Of a DNA stretch of 57,772 bases, positions 41,648-50,695 are shown piece after piece; the stretch's first letter is position 1, and each line of letters begins with the position of its first letter. A program made the position numbers and the translations under genes. Location of the stretch: positions 1 to 57,772 of the IMG/VR virus record IMGVR_UViG_3300032315_000416; one strand, 5' to 3'. The DNA comes from a virus. Lineage: Duplodnaviria > Caudoviricetes. The notes below the pieces were generated by a model that saw nothing but the letters and a program-made list of their open reading frames with translations, was not told the origin of the DNA and made no database searches.

Positions 41648-43092
41648 TATTGGGCATAGGGATTTGAATATCTTTTTGCTGCGTCTTCGTCTGCGTAGTC
41701 GTAATCGCGGGCTGGTAGGGGGTCAAGTCGTACCCAACCCGAATCCCGCAATACGCGCAATGCTTGGGACAGGGAGTCAACATAGTCATCGTGCCCGCCT
41801 GCTTCTGGAAACGAACATACCTGCCGGACGAACCGTTTGGCCCAGTCTGCAAAGTCACCTTTGAGCTTCATGTCTTCCGGTATGTACACTTTGCCCTTAG
41901 CTACAAGGGGTGCCACAATGTTAACCCGCTGCACCTTATCTGCGCGCCCAGGGTTGTATCCACGGACAGGTACGCCCGCGCCTTGGAGTTCTTGGATCAG
42001 CGAGATACCAGCGGATTTGTCTTCCATCAGGATCAGGTCGGCTTTACGACCCTTGCCAAACTCGTTATCTGCGCCGTAGACCACTTCCTTAAAGTCATCA
42101 ATTACCTTACGACGCAGCTCGGGGTAGGACATGTGCGCGTCCCATGCATCTAGCAGTATGATCGAAGTGCCTGCGTCTAACTGTTCAAACACGCCCCATA
42201 CCGTACACGCCGTTGGGTCGTTGGTTGTCTTTTCTGAGGTAGCCGGATCGTAGCTGGCGATCACATACTCAAGGTCTGGGGTTGCTCGGTTGGCCGGCCA
42301 CATCCTAAACTGCTTGCGTTTGATAATACCAGCGGCTTCTGGATCCAAGATCTCGCCATAGATCTCTTGTCTGCCTAGGTCTGTGCCATCGTAGGTCTCA
42401 AGCTGTTTGAAAAACGTTTCGGACAGGTTGGCGCGGTTGTCGTACGATGAGGCGTTTGCTACATAAACGTCCCCGCCTACCTTTCCCTCGTTGAGATCAA
42501 CGATGAGCTCTTTGGGCTTGGGAGTGGTGGTAATAATCTGCTGCACTCGAGGGATTCGCGGGTCCTTAAGACGGAGGGTAAACTGTACGCCGTCGTAGGC
42601 ATCATCGATGTAATCGAACGCACACAGCTCGTCGAACCAAGCGCCATGGTACTGCTTACCACGGTACCGTTCTGGCTCGGATGCTGGAATACCTTGGATG
42701 ATGGATCCGTTCGTAAGGGTAATCTCAAAGAGTGACTTGTTGTAATCTCGTATAAGTGACGAGGGGATGATATTAATAAGTCCGGAGTCTCCTTCAAAAC
42801 AAGTTGCGCGTATATCATTTGAGGTAGGGGCTGTGACCAGCCAACGAGTGTTATCGTACATCCAAGCACGAATGCCAATCCAATGACTAGCCGTATGCGT
42901 CTTGCCTGATCCTCGACCAGCCAACATAAGAAACGTATCATACTCTCCATCCTCTGGTTCTCTTTGGTGCGGAAGTGCTTGCAAGTGCCACTTAACCTGC
43001 CATAGGGCAGCATCAAGCTGTTGCTTGGGCCAGTGCTTGTGCGACTCCGCGAATTTTTTAAGTATTGCTTCTTGTTTCGGTGTTAACGACAT
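41647..43092 (-). CDS. terL: Terminase large subunit
   Basis: Walker A AGRGSGKT, Walker B WFDE, ITTTPKP coupling motif, nuclease HDDYVDS. Confidence 0.95.
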   Translation of the reverse strand: MSLTPKQEAILKKFAESHKHWPKQQLDAALWQVKWHLQALPHQREPEDGEYDTFLMLAGRGSGKTHTASHWIGIRAWMYDNTRWLVTAPTSNDIRATCFEGDSGLINIIPSSLIRDYNKSLFEITLTNGSIIQGIPASEPERYRGKQYHGAWFDELCAFDYIDDAYDGVQFTLRLKDPRIPRVQQIITTTPKPKELIVDLNEGKVGGDVYVANASSYDNRANLSETFFKQLETYDGTDLGRQEIYGEILDPEAAGIIKRKQFRMWPANRATPDLEYVIASYDPATSEKTTNDPTACTVWGVFEQLDAGTSIILLDAWDAHMSYPELRRKVIDDFKEVVYGADNEFGKGRKADLILMEDKSAGISLIQELQGAGVPVRGYNPGRADKVQRVNIVAPLVAKGKVYIPEDMKLKGDFADWAKRFVRQVCSFPEAGGHDDYVDSLSQALRVLRDSGWVRLDPLPARDYDYADEDAAKRYSNPYAQ

Positions 43093-44075
43093 GGTATGAA
43101 CCCTTCTCCTACGAGAATGTGATTGAACTTACCCTCAGTTTCGATGTACACACAAGACTGGGGGTTAAGTGGCTCAATTAATTTGGGGTACCGCCTGCCA
43201 AGCTGGATTTTAGTTTTCGATAAATCTTGGTTGGGTACCAAATCGAGCTTTGATTTAAAAAAAAGTATGTAGTTCGAACAACGTTGGTTGTGTTCCAAGG
43301 TAGTTTTACTACCCAGTGATTCGATTATAGACTGAACCTGCACCAAGAGTCGCAAATTTTTACTGGAAACCCGAAATATATTCTTTTGTCTGGAGTATTG
43401 CCGGCTTTTTGCTGCTAAGATGCCTTGCAACAGCTCAATACGCTGCTCTTCGGACGCCAAGAGGTAATTGTTTGGTATTTTGGTAGGCACATTGGGTGCC
43501 AATTGCAACTCAATCGATGGCGAAACCGTAAAGTACCGCTCGTTGTTGGGTGTTTTAGCGCCCACAATGACTTTGTACCCACAATCCTTGAAGCGCTGTA
43601 TGATCTCTTCCTGCCGATTCTTACTAAAGATCATTTTATTGTGTAATTTTCTATTAAAAAACCAATAGCCAAACACAAATGGAGGGATAGGCAGCGTTTG
43701 ATGGGGGAGTTTTAACGGATGGGCAGTAGGAACCGATATCAATCGTATTCCAGGGACCTTCTTTAGCGGCCTGTCTTTCAGTTTGTCTACCGTTATGTCG
43801 CCTAACGGACGCCTAAACTTAAACCTGCCCTTATACAGCGACACCCTACAGCGGTACTTGTGGTTCTCAAACGGGAAGTTGAGCTTCTCGTCGCCCGAAA
43901 CAGTAAGGTGGTCGTTGAAGGTAACCTGATAGCAGTTCTCCGCACGGTACTTCTGTACCAGGGTTACTTTAACTAGGTCGCCAGTTTGATTAAATACATA
44001 ATCGCCAACCTGAATCTTCTCTGCTGGCTTCCAGTAGTCAAGCGTTAGTACTTTTTCCGTTGCTAATATTGCCAT
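43083..44075 (-). CDS. Free-standing Hint (intein-like) protein with degenerate LAGLIDADG region
   Basis: Intein-like N-terminus AILATEKVLT...WK....IQVGDYV and C-terminus CVYIETEG..NHILVGEGFIP; LAGLIDADG-like remnants PFVFGYWFFN and RIELLQGILAAKS. Confidence 0.75.
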   Translation of the reverse strand: MAILATEKVLTLDYWKPAEKIQVGDYVFNQTGDLVKVTLVQKYRAENCYQVTFNDHLTVSGDEKLNFPFENHKYRCRVSLYKGRFKFRRPLGDITVDKLKDRPLKKVPGIRLISVPTAHPLKLPHQTLPIPPFVFGYWFFNRKLHNKMIFSKNRQEEIIQRFKDCGYKVIVGAKTPNNERYFTVSPSIELQLAPNVPTKIPNNYLLASEEQRIELLQGILAAKSRQYSRQKNIFRVSSKNLRLLVQVQSIIESLGSKTTLEHNQRCSNYILFFKSKLDLVPNQDLSKTKIQLGRRYPKLIEPLNPQSCVYIETEGKFNHILVGEGFIPCR

Positions 44076-44346
44076 AAAAATTCTCGAGGACCCATTCATC
44101 CAGCCATCGCCCTAACGGCGCTCGTATTTTGTTTTGAACCGATACGGGTAGCTTTTGGATGTTCATGGTTTCCGTGGTGATATTTAAACGGAACTCAATG
44201 TACCGAGCCGTCTCTTTGTCTAGGATTTCCATGGGTACGTCTACCGAATCGAGATTGTATAAGTCGCATACCAATACCCGCAATCCTTGGAACTGGCCTG
44301 TAGCGCTTTCTAGCGCTCCTTGAATTTGATATGCGTACTTACTCAT
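44038..44346 (-). CDS. Hypothetical protein (102 aa), first gene of the late arm
   Basis: Its ATG lies 6 nt after promoter element 7. Confidence 0.65.
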   Translation of the reverse strand: MSKYAYQIQGALESATGQFQGLRVLVCDLYNLDSVDVPMEILDKETARYIEFRLNITTETMNIQKLPVSVQNKIRAPLGRWLDEWVLENFYGNISNGKSTNA

Positions 44347-44352
44347 ACTTTA

Positions 44353-44382
44353 ACTAATGCAAACAATGCCAGTAAAGCGTCC
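44353..44382 (-). promoter_or_regulatory. Late promoter-like element 7
   Basis: GGACG-N16-TGCATTAGT at the start of the late arm. Confidence 0.75.
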
Positions 44383-44417
44383 CACATTGTAAAAATATAA
44401 GTTGACTCTGTCCCCTT

Positions 44418-44624
44418 TTGTCAGGATTGTCAGGGTAGTACGGGTCTATTCCAGTTGTGACCGCCACTACGTTTTTTATTTTTTAAAATTAAAATAAAAA
44501 GAAGAATAGACCCGTACTACTAGTACTACCCTGACAATCGTATTCTAAGTTGTTGTTTTGTTTAGCTGCAAATGAGAATGATTCTCATTAACTGTGTCAG
44601 GGTAGTATGGATGCAGTGCAGCAT
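44418..44624. repeat. Origin-like direct repeat, copy 1 (iterons, AT-rich core, Fur-box-like palindrome)
   Basis: Aligns by eye with 51222-51429. Confidence 0.85.
44571..44589. promoter_or_regulatory. Fur-box-like perfect palindrome AATGAGAAT-G-ATTCTCATT
   Basis: 9-1-9 dyad resembling the Fur consensus. Confidence 0.65.
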
Positions 44625-44774
44625 TTCATAATGCGGAATGAATATTGTAAAAAATTATAAAAAAAAATTTAGAACGCCGGGTTTTATAGCAGCTTGGGAT
44701 CTGAGTGGGCCCCCCGGCCCGACACCCCCGGTCTGTTTTTTTGGTGTATCGGTTTATAAAAAGGGGACCCTCAT

Positions 44775-45075
44775 TGTTAGTAAGCGCTCACTAACATAAT
44801 ACCCATGCCGCTATTGTGGCCATCATGTATGTGAGTGCTCACTCACTTAGGCCAGGCCGTTAGTGTGCGCTCACTAACATACAGGCCATGCACCACAATG
44901 GTGCACGCTCATACTGGTGCTATGTTAGTGTGCACTCACTTAGGCAATGCACCGATATGGTGCACGCTCATAGTGCGCGGTATGTTAGTAAGCGCTCACT
45001 AACATACTGGGCAATGCGATAGTAAGCGCTCACTAACATGCAGGCCGGCGTGATGTAAGGGCGCACTAACATAAT
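44775..45075. repeat. Array of about 7 palindromic GTTAGT(A/G)AGCGCTCACTAAC-type repeats
   Basis: Copies near 44775, 44828, 44859, 44923, 44983, 45020 and 45055; also two ATGCACC...ATGGTGCACGCTCATA repeats. Confidence 0.85.
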
Positions 45076-45266
45076 GGGCACGCGTGCGCGACGGCCGGTG
45101 TGGTGGTGCGGCGTAATGACCTTAATATTAAAAGGGTTTATTATCCACAATTCAAAGAAACATGGCCGCAATATGACAATCCATTTAGAAGCCATTAGAA
45201 GGCCGCTAAGCGGTTTTAGCGCATTGTGAAGGGTTAGTATTCAAGGGTATGCGATCGCAATTTTCG

Positions 45267-45338
45267 AGGGTAAACCCTTAGTATATAGAATGACCGGCGT
45301 ATTACTTTTTATTATATTAAACCTAGGGTTTCCCCTAG
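45267..45338. promoter_or_regulatory. Two AGGG(N4)CCCT palindromic operator-like sites
   Basis: AGGGTAAACCCT at 45267 and CTAGGGTTTCCCCTAG at 45323; related site at 47066-47083. Confidence 0.55.
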
Positions 45339-45427
45339 TACGCATGCCGGTTTTTAGGCCATTCTTTCACTACAATAAACCCATGGTAAGCAATAACGCA
45401 AACCAGTAAATGAGAGGATTAAACATC

Positions 45428-45709
45428 ATGACCAAAACTGAAAAACTGATTAACACATTACCAGAGCTCGATGGCCTGCAATATATCAAGGGTCAAGGGT
45501 ACGTAGATATTAAGGTTAAACCGCACGCATTTGAGCGCGACGGCCATTTATTTATTAGTGCTGAAAACGGTGACAATGCCGCGGATTATTATGGTGAATA
45601 TCGCGGCGGTTACCCTTGGATTAATGAAGCACTAGAAGCATGGGCAAAAAAGCGCGGCGGGTTTTTTGAATGGGAAAACCCCGCCACTATTGTATTTTGC
45701 AAAGACTAA
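45428..45709 (+). CDS. Early hypothetical protein
   Basis: Strong GAGAGG RBS before ATG 45428. Confidence 0.75.
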   Translation: MTKTEKLINTLPELDGLQYIKGQGYVDIKVKPHAFERDGHLFISAENGDNAADYYGEYRGGYPWINEALEAWAKKRGGFFEWENPATIVFCKD

Positions 45710-45763
45710 ACTAAACCAAACCGGCGGCCATTGTGCCGCCATTAATTGAGAGGATTAAACATC

Positions 45764-46519
45764 ATGCTATTACCTAAACCAAAAACCCCAGTCAAAAAAC
45801 CATCCGGCTATATCATTTATCGCGGCGCGTCACAATTGGACGGCGCGCCTATTGTTGTTGTTGCACTAACCAATAGCACCAATACAAAAACCGGCAATAT
45901 GGTGCAAACTTATATTCTAGTAGATAACGGCCGCTCACCAATTGATAACGCGCGCTCATTGGCCGACGTAAGTATATGCGGGGATTGTAAACACCGCACC
46001 GGCATGGGCGGTGCATGTTATGTTAATTTAGGCCAAGGCGCGCGCGCCGTCGCGGCCGCCATTGTAAAGGGCAATTATCCGGCCGATATATTGGCCGCAC
46101 AATCCGCCGCCGCCGGCCGCATGGTGCGCTTAGGTACTTATGGTGATCCGGCCGCCGTACCGGCCAATATTTGGCGCACGCTATTGGCCAATGCGCAAGG
46201 CCATACCGGATACTCTCACCAATGGCAAACCGGTAAGGCCGGCGCGGATATCATGGCGTTATGCATGGCGTCCGCTGATAATGAAGCGGAGCGCGCCGCC
46301 GCTAAATTAATGGGTTATCGCACGTTTAGGGTACGCGCCGCGAATGAGGCCATGGCCGCCGGTGAATTTATTTGCCCAGCAAGTGAAGAGGGAAACCGTC
46401 GCAAATTGTGCGGCGAATGCGGCGCTTGTGACGGCGGCATTGATTCGCGCCGCGCTGATCCCGTAATCATTGCCCATGGCGCGCTAAAAGGCCGCTTCAT
46501 TCCAATAGCGGCGGCATAA
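45764..46519 (+). CDS. Cys-rich early protein (putative Fe-S, radical-SAM-like/Gp88-like)
   Basis: NTKTG, ICGDCKHR...ACYV, RLGTYGDP and ICPAS...CGECGAC motifs. Confidence 0.6.
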   Translation: MLLPKPKTPVKKPSGYIIYRGASQLDGAPIVVVALTNSTNTKTGNMVQTYILVDNGRSPIDNARSLADVSICGDCKHRTGMGGACYVNLGQGARAVAAAIVKGNYPADILAAQSAAAGRMVRLGTYGDPAAVPANIWRTLLANAQGHTGYSHQWQTGKAGADIMALCMASADNEAERAAAKLMGYRTFRVRAANEAMAAGEFICPASEEGNRRKLCGECGACDGGIDSRRADPVIIAHGALKGRFIPIAAA

Positions 46520-46520
46520 C

Positions 46521-46673
46521 ATGGGACAACATTATATTTTTATCGTTTTTTATCGTCACCATGGGGATGACTATAGCGCGGTATTCCAAGGTATGCGAAA
46601 GGCCAAGGCATTCGCACGCCTTACCGGCGGCCGCGTAGAGACTCAATTGTCTAATATATTTATAAAGGATTGA
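46521..46673 (+). CDS. Small early hypothetical protein (50 aa)
   Basis: Read by hand; fills the gap between neighbours. Confidence 0.5.
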   Translation: MGQHYIFIVFYRHHGDDYSAVFQGMRKAKAFARLTGGRVETQLSNIFIKD

Positions 46674-46678
46674 ACACC

Positions 46679-46975
46679 ATGAGCACGTTACATAAAATTG
46701 ACAATATTATATTAAACCCTAAGCGGCCGCCGTCCCATGCGCTCATTATGCGCATGGCGGGCGCGTCACTAGCCGCCGGATATAAGGCCATAGATATCCG
46801 TTGGAACAATGAGGCCATAGAGTTGACCTTTAGCGATAACGCCGGCCTATGGTACGGCCAAGGCGCAATAAACCATGATAGCGCGCAAACCATAGCGCGC
46901 CAATTAAACGATATCCGGCGGTTTGTGCTCGATCATTTTCAAATTATCACCATTGGGGACGCTAAACATGTTTAA
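46679..46975 (+). CDS. Early hypothetical protein
   Basis: AAGGA RBS before ATG 46679. Confidence 0.7.
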   Translation: MSTLHKIDNIILNPKRPPSHALIMRMAGASLAAGYKAIDIRWNNEAIELTFSDNAGLWYGQGAINHDSAQTIARQLNDIRRFVLDHFQIITIGDAKHV

Positions 46976-47069
46976 ACTATTTATGTCTTATCTCACTCAC
47001 GTAATCGGCAGTATGATTTTGGCCGGCATATGGTGCGCGGTAGTACTGGCATTGCTAGATGCGCTATAG
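46968..47069 (+). CDS. Small hydrophobic membrane peptide (33 aa)
   Basis: Read by hand: MFKLFMSYLTHVIGSMILAGIWCAVVLALLDAL; GGGGA RBS. Confidence 0.5.
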   Translation: MFKLFMSYLTHVIGSMILAGIWCAVVLALLDAL

Positions 47070-47132
47070 GGGTAAACACCTATTTACCACGCGCGAGGCT
47101 AGATCGATAATCAATTTAAAGGAGGTTTTACC

Positions 47133-47282
47133 ATGATGAATTATTACTGCAACGGTTTTTGGTTTGCGACATATGATGACGCTAGACTATACGCCGATAT
47201 ATTACTAATCCAATTGCGCGTGTATAAGGCCATCTATACCCGCTCTGAGATGGCGGCACATGCGGCGGAGGTGACAGCATGA
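47133..47282 (+). CDS. Small early protein (49 aa)
   Basis: Strong AAGGAGG RBS; read by hand. Confidence 0.7.
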   Translation: MMNYYCNGFWFATYDDARLYADILLIQLRVYKAIYTRSEMAAHAAEVTA

Positions 47283-47434
47283 CACAAGGCCGCCTATTTA
47301 TGATCCAAGACATTGTGGCCATGGGTAACTGGAATCCTGCCCGCCTTGATGTACTGGAGGCCATGAGCGATGAAGCACTGTATGCCATATGGCTAGACCT
47401 TATTAACTTATCAACCAAGGAATTAACACAATGA
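47279..47434 (+). CDS. Small early protein (51 aa)
   Basis: GGAGG RBS and ATGA overlaps at both ends; read by hand. Confidence 0.65.
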   Translation: MTQGRLFMIQDIVAMGNWNPARLDVLEAMSDEALYAIWLDLINLSTKELTQ

Positions 47435-47742
47435 GAACAATACAACAATTAGCGGCACAAGCGCGCCGCCAAAATGACGTAAACGGCCTGCCATGCGGCG
47501 AGTATGTTTATAGTGATCCCATGCATATAAGCAATAGATATCAGAGCGAGGGTGACGTTATCCGCGCTAAATTCGGCACTGTCGATAATTGGTATGCGTG
47601 GGAAATGGTACAAGTAATCGAGCGCGCCACAGGCCGCCGCGTATTCGACAATGAAGTGGCCAGTATTACCGGCAGAGAATTAACAGCAACACCGGCCGAA
47701 GTATTGGCCGTCCTAGATCAATCCATATATGAGGTGAAATAA
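47431..47742 (+). CDS. Early hypothetical protein
   Basis: Coupled ORF with AAGGA RBS. Confidence 0.7.
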   Translation: MRTIQQLAAQARRQNDVNGLPCGEYVYSDPMHISNRYQSEGDVIRAKFGTVDNWYAWEMVQVIERATGRRVFDNEVASITGRELTATPAEVLAVLDQSIYEVK

Positions 47743-47930
47743 TGACCAATAAATTAACCAAAAACCAATTAGCATTATTGTCTGAAATTTTGACCCAGCA
47801 TTGCGAAGATTGCGACACGTCCAGCACTACGGCGCACCTAGTCGATAATATTTGGCTAAAAATAGCGACTATGCATGGATTAATTGACGATGAATACACC
47901 ACACCTAAATTTGAACCAGCGGAGGAATAA
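47742..47930 (+). CDS. Early hypothetical protein
   Basis: GAGGTG RBS; TAATG coupling. Confidence 0.65.
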   Translation: MTNKLTKNQLALLSEILTQHCEDCDTSSTTAHLVDNIWLKIATMHGLIDDEYTTPKFEPAEE

Positions 47931-47933
47931 ATC

Positions 47934-48239
47934 ATGCTTACATTAAACGACATAAACCTAATCGAAGGTGAAACAACGTGCACCATGCAAGAGTACTACG
48001 AGGCCTTACAGCGCGCCATCAATAGCGGCATGTGGGGTATGCAGGGATCATATGGCCGCACCATGATGGAGGCCATCACCGCCGGCAAGTGCTTACTTGG
48101 CCACAATGAGGCACGTGATTATTATGGTAATCCAGTACCTAGTCGCGACCAAGTAAAGGCCGGCACTAAGGGATCATTCGATTACGTAGAGGCCGAGAGC
48201 GGCAACGAATGGGCACAACACATGAGCGAGGTGAAATAA
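47934..48239 (+). CDS. Early hypothetical protein
   Basis: GGAGG RBS; W.MQGSYGR and RDYYGN.VPSR motifs. Confidence 0.75.
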   Translation: MLTLNDINLIEGETTCTMQEYYEALQRAINSGMWGMQGSYGRTMMEAITAGKCLLGHNEARDYYGNPVPSRDQVKAGTKGSFDYVEAESGNEWAQHMSEVK

Positions 48240-48406
48240 TGACTAAATACGAAGTAACACTAGCACGCGTTGAGTATCTGTCTCAAAAGTTTATTGTCGA
48301 GGCAGATAGCGAAGAGGCCGCACAAGAGGCCGCATGGGATCAATCCGGTAACTGGAGGCGAGTAGATGCCGAAGAGTTTACCAATGGAATAGAAGAGGTG
48401 AAATAA
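48239..48406 (+). CDS. Small acidic early protein (VEADSEEAA motif)
   Basis: GAGGTG RBS; TAATG coupling. Confidence 0.7.
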   Translation: MTKYEVTLARVEYLSQKFIVEADSEEAAQEAAWDQSGNWRRVDAEEFTNGIEEVK

Positions 48407-48723
48407 TGAATACCAACAACATAGCAACCAAAGTATTTGAATTGTCGCGCTATTGTGCCAAGGAGGACGAAGCACTATTGATGCAAGCCGAAGCCGTTAT
48501 ACGCAAAATGAATATGCCAGTATCAAATTACTTAGATCTTGAAATAGCAACGGAAGTCGCATGGCAGGTAGGCGATATTCTTGAAGACCGGCCAAGAGCA
48601 GAAAGCCGGTGGAATATTTGCAATATCGCCAAGCGCATCATGGAGGCCGGCATTATTGACGAAAGTAGCGAAGACATTGACGAGATTATCTCGGCATGGT
48701 TACATGAAAAGGAAGGGTATTGA
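48406..48723 (+). CDS. Early hypothetical protein
   Basis: GAGGTG RBS; TAATG coupling. Confidence 0.7.
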   Translation: MNTNNIATKVFELSRYCAKEDEALLMQAEAVIRKMNMPVSNYLDLEIATEVAWQVGDILEDRPRAESRWNICNIAKRIMEAGIIDESSEDIDEIISAWLHEKEGY

Positions 48724-48724
48724 T

Positions 48725-48985
48725 ATGGACAACAGAATGAGAAACCAATTTGCGAGGGCATTGTTGGCACGTCCTGCACCATGCGACAACTGCCCCAATA
48801 ATGCCAAGTGCGCGCTCGATTTGAAGGCCTGCCGCACGTTCCAACATTACGTAGTGACTGGATCAATTAATGCCGGCCTATCCCGCATGCCTACCCGCGC
48901 CATGTTTAATGATGTATTTTACGCGGACGAAGAGTTTACAGAAAAAGTATTGCGTATTCAATTGCGCAAAGAGACCGAACTTTAA
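48725..48985 (+). CDS. Early protein with a Cys cluster (PCDNCPNNAKC...AC)
   Basis: Probable start MDNRMR inside the 48581 ORF. Confidence 0.6.
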   Translation: MDNRMRNQFARALLARPAPCDNCPNNAKCALDLKACRTFQHYVVTGSINAGLSRMPTRAMFNDVFYADEEFTEKVLRIQLRKETEL

Positions 48986-49142
48986 TGGACGATAAAATGA
49001 ACCTATTCTTATTATTTTTAGCCGGCCTAATTTTTCTTACCTGTTTTTATGGTCAAACTCAATTATATGCAGTCAATTGGTTTTTAATAGCCGGCATGTT
49101 ATTTGCCACAATTGTCATTACTTTAATTTTTACGGAGGTTTT

Positions 49143-49379
49143 ATGAACAAAGAACAATTACGCAACAAGGCAGAGCATTTTGTACTCAGCACATACTTAT
49201 CAGACTGGAACGGTGACCTGCCATTTTCTAAGATACTAGAGGGCATTGCCGACGAGGACTGGGATATCGCGACACCATGGGAGCCCTTCGAAACAATGGA
49301 AGGCAAAGAACTGGCAAACAATATTGCCGACTCAGTAACCTATTTTTTACAATTATTCAAAGACGAGGTAGCAGAATGA
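49143..49379 (+). CDS. Early hypothetical protein
   Basis: GGAGG RBS before MNKEQL. Confidence 0.7.
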   Translation: MNKEQLRNKAEHFVLSTYLSDWNGDLPFSKILEGIADEDWDIATPWEPFETMEGKELANNIADSVTYFLQLFKDEVAE

Positions 49380-49488
49380 ATCACACTATTAAATTCAAAA
49401 CGATTCACGATATGTTAGCGTGGATTGTAGAGAACAAATTATATGATGCGTTACCAGTAGACTTAATCATTCACCTAGGAGAAACAAA

Positions 49489-49812
49489 ATGATTAACCTT
49501 ACACTAGATCAAGTTGAGGAATTTTTCAAACCGGCAACGGACATAGTGGACGAGCTCGGCGCGATTGACCAACAAATCAAAGAGCTAGATGCAGTTAAGG
49601 CCAAGCTCAAGGCCAAACTGCTAGAGCGCGGCACAGGCTTTCACAAAGGCATGCAATACATTGCCGAGGTGCAAGAGTATGACCGTGAAAATATCAGCGC
49701 GCCATTGGTACGCCAGTTAAGTGATGAGGCTTTCATCAAGGCAGTAACAACCGTACAGCACATCAAGGCCGTAGTGGTCAAACCATTGGCCGCAGACAAT
49801 GAGCCAGTATAG
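49489..49812 (+). CDS. Hypothetical coiled-coil protein
   Basis: AGGAG RBS; VDELGAIDQQIKEL motif. Confidence 0.7.
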   Translation: MINLTLDQVEEFFKPATDIVDELGAIDQQIKELDAVKAKLKAKLLERGTGFHKGMQYIAEVQEYDRENISAPLVRQLSDEAFIKAVTTVQHIKAVVVKPLAADNEPV

Positions 49813-50116
49813 ATACGCCGTAATCGATGAGTTTGGCGGTATGATGCGTAAGTTTGCGTCGAGAATAGAGGCGCAACCTTATCTGACTACAGGCGCGAGG
49901 CTAGTTCCATTACCTAAACAACCAAAGAGAGACCCTTATACCATGGCTTGCACAATTTTACCGGATGCGCTATTATGACCATACTCGGCACAATTATATG
50001 TTTTCTCGCTGGGTATGGTTTAACCGTACAAATTACACTAGAGGGCATTCTATGGCTAGCATTCGGCGCGTTTCTCGTATCGCCAAAGACTTACTTACAG
50101 GCGATTGTAAAACTAA

Positions 50117-50695
50117 ATGAGCAAAGGGGAAAACGACATACTAAGTGACTACCTGCTTGCGCTTTATGGCACAGAACCATTGAGCGTAGAACAGGAGCAC
50201 GCACTCGCTAAACAAATTGCCAAGGGTGATAGAGCGGCACTAAACAAACTGGTAAAGCATAATCTACGGTTTGTAATCTACTTAGTGCGTAAACTGTCGG
50301 CATGGCAGTACAGTAAAGTGCCGGTGGAGGACATTCTTAGCATGGGCAACGAGGCCTTATTCATGGCCGCTAGATCATGGACGCCGGCCAATAATTCCAG
50401 TTTCGTTACCTATGCCAAGCCCTATATTCTGCGCGGCGTAAAGCGAGAGCTAAACAACACGGAGAATTTAATCCGCCTGCCAGTCAACATCATGCTAAAT
50501 ATCAAGACGCTAAAGTATAGAGAGCGGGTGCTATCCCAAAAATTATGCCGGCAACCGACCGATGCGGAATTGTCGGCCGCTACAGGTTTTTCTGAAGGCC
50601 GTATCAATGAATTGAAAAATCATATGGCTAGAGAGCCCATATTTCGCAATGAACTTAAAAACGAAGAGCATTTTGAGGAGAAGCATGATGACTGA
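50117..50695 (+). CDS. Phage sigma70-family factor (regions 1.2-3, no region 4)
   Basis: LS.EQE..LA, LVKHNLRFV, EDILSMGN.AL, FVTYA, IRLPVN and RQPTDAELS motifs; the protein ends before region 4. Confidence 0.88.
   Translation: MSKGENDILSDYLLALYGTEPLSVEQEHALAKQIAKGDRAALNKLVKHNLRFVIYLVRKLSAWQYSKVPVEDILSMGNEALFMAARSWTPANNSSFVTYAKPYILRGVKRELNNTENLIRLPVNIMLNIKTLKYRERVLSQKLCRQPTDAELSAATGFSEGRINELKNHMAREPIFRNELKNEEHFEEKHDD

Noticed and set aside
44038-44099. Frameshift fusing the 102-aa ORF to the intein-like ORF as an N-extein
   Set aside because: It would need a +1 shift at TTT_T with no evident stimulator, and the intein-like protein lacks the terminal Asn and a C-extein, so splicing could not complete.
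44775-45075. Possible CRISPR or mini-CRISPR array
   Set aside because: The repeats are degenerate, the spacing is irregular (about 30-64 nt start to start), some intervening sequences are themselves repeated, and no cas genes are present.
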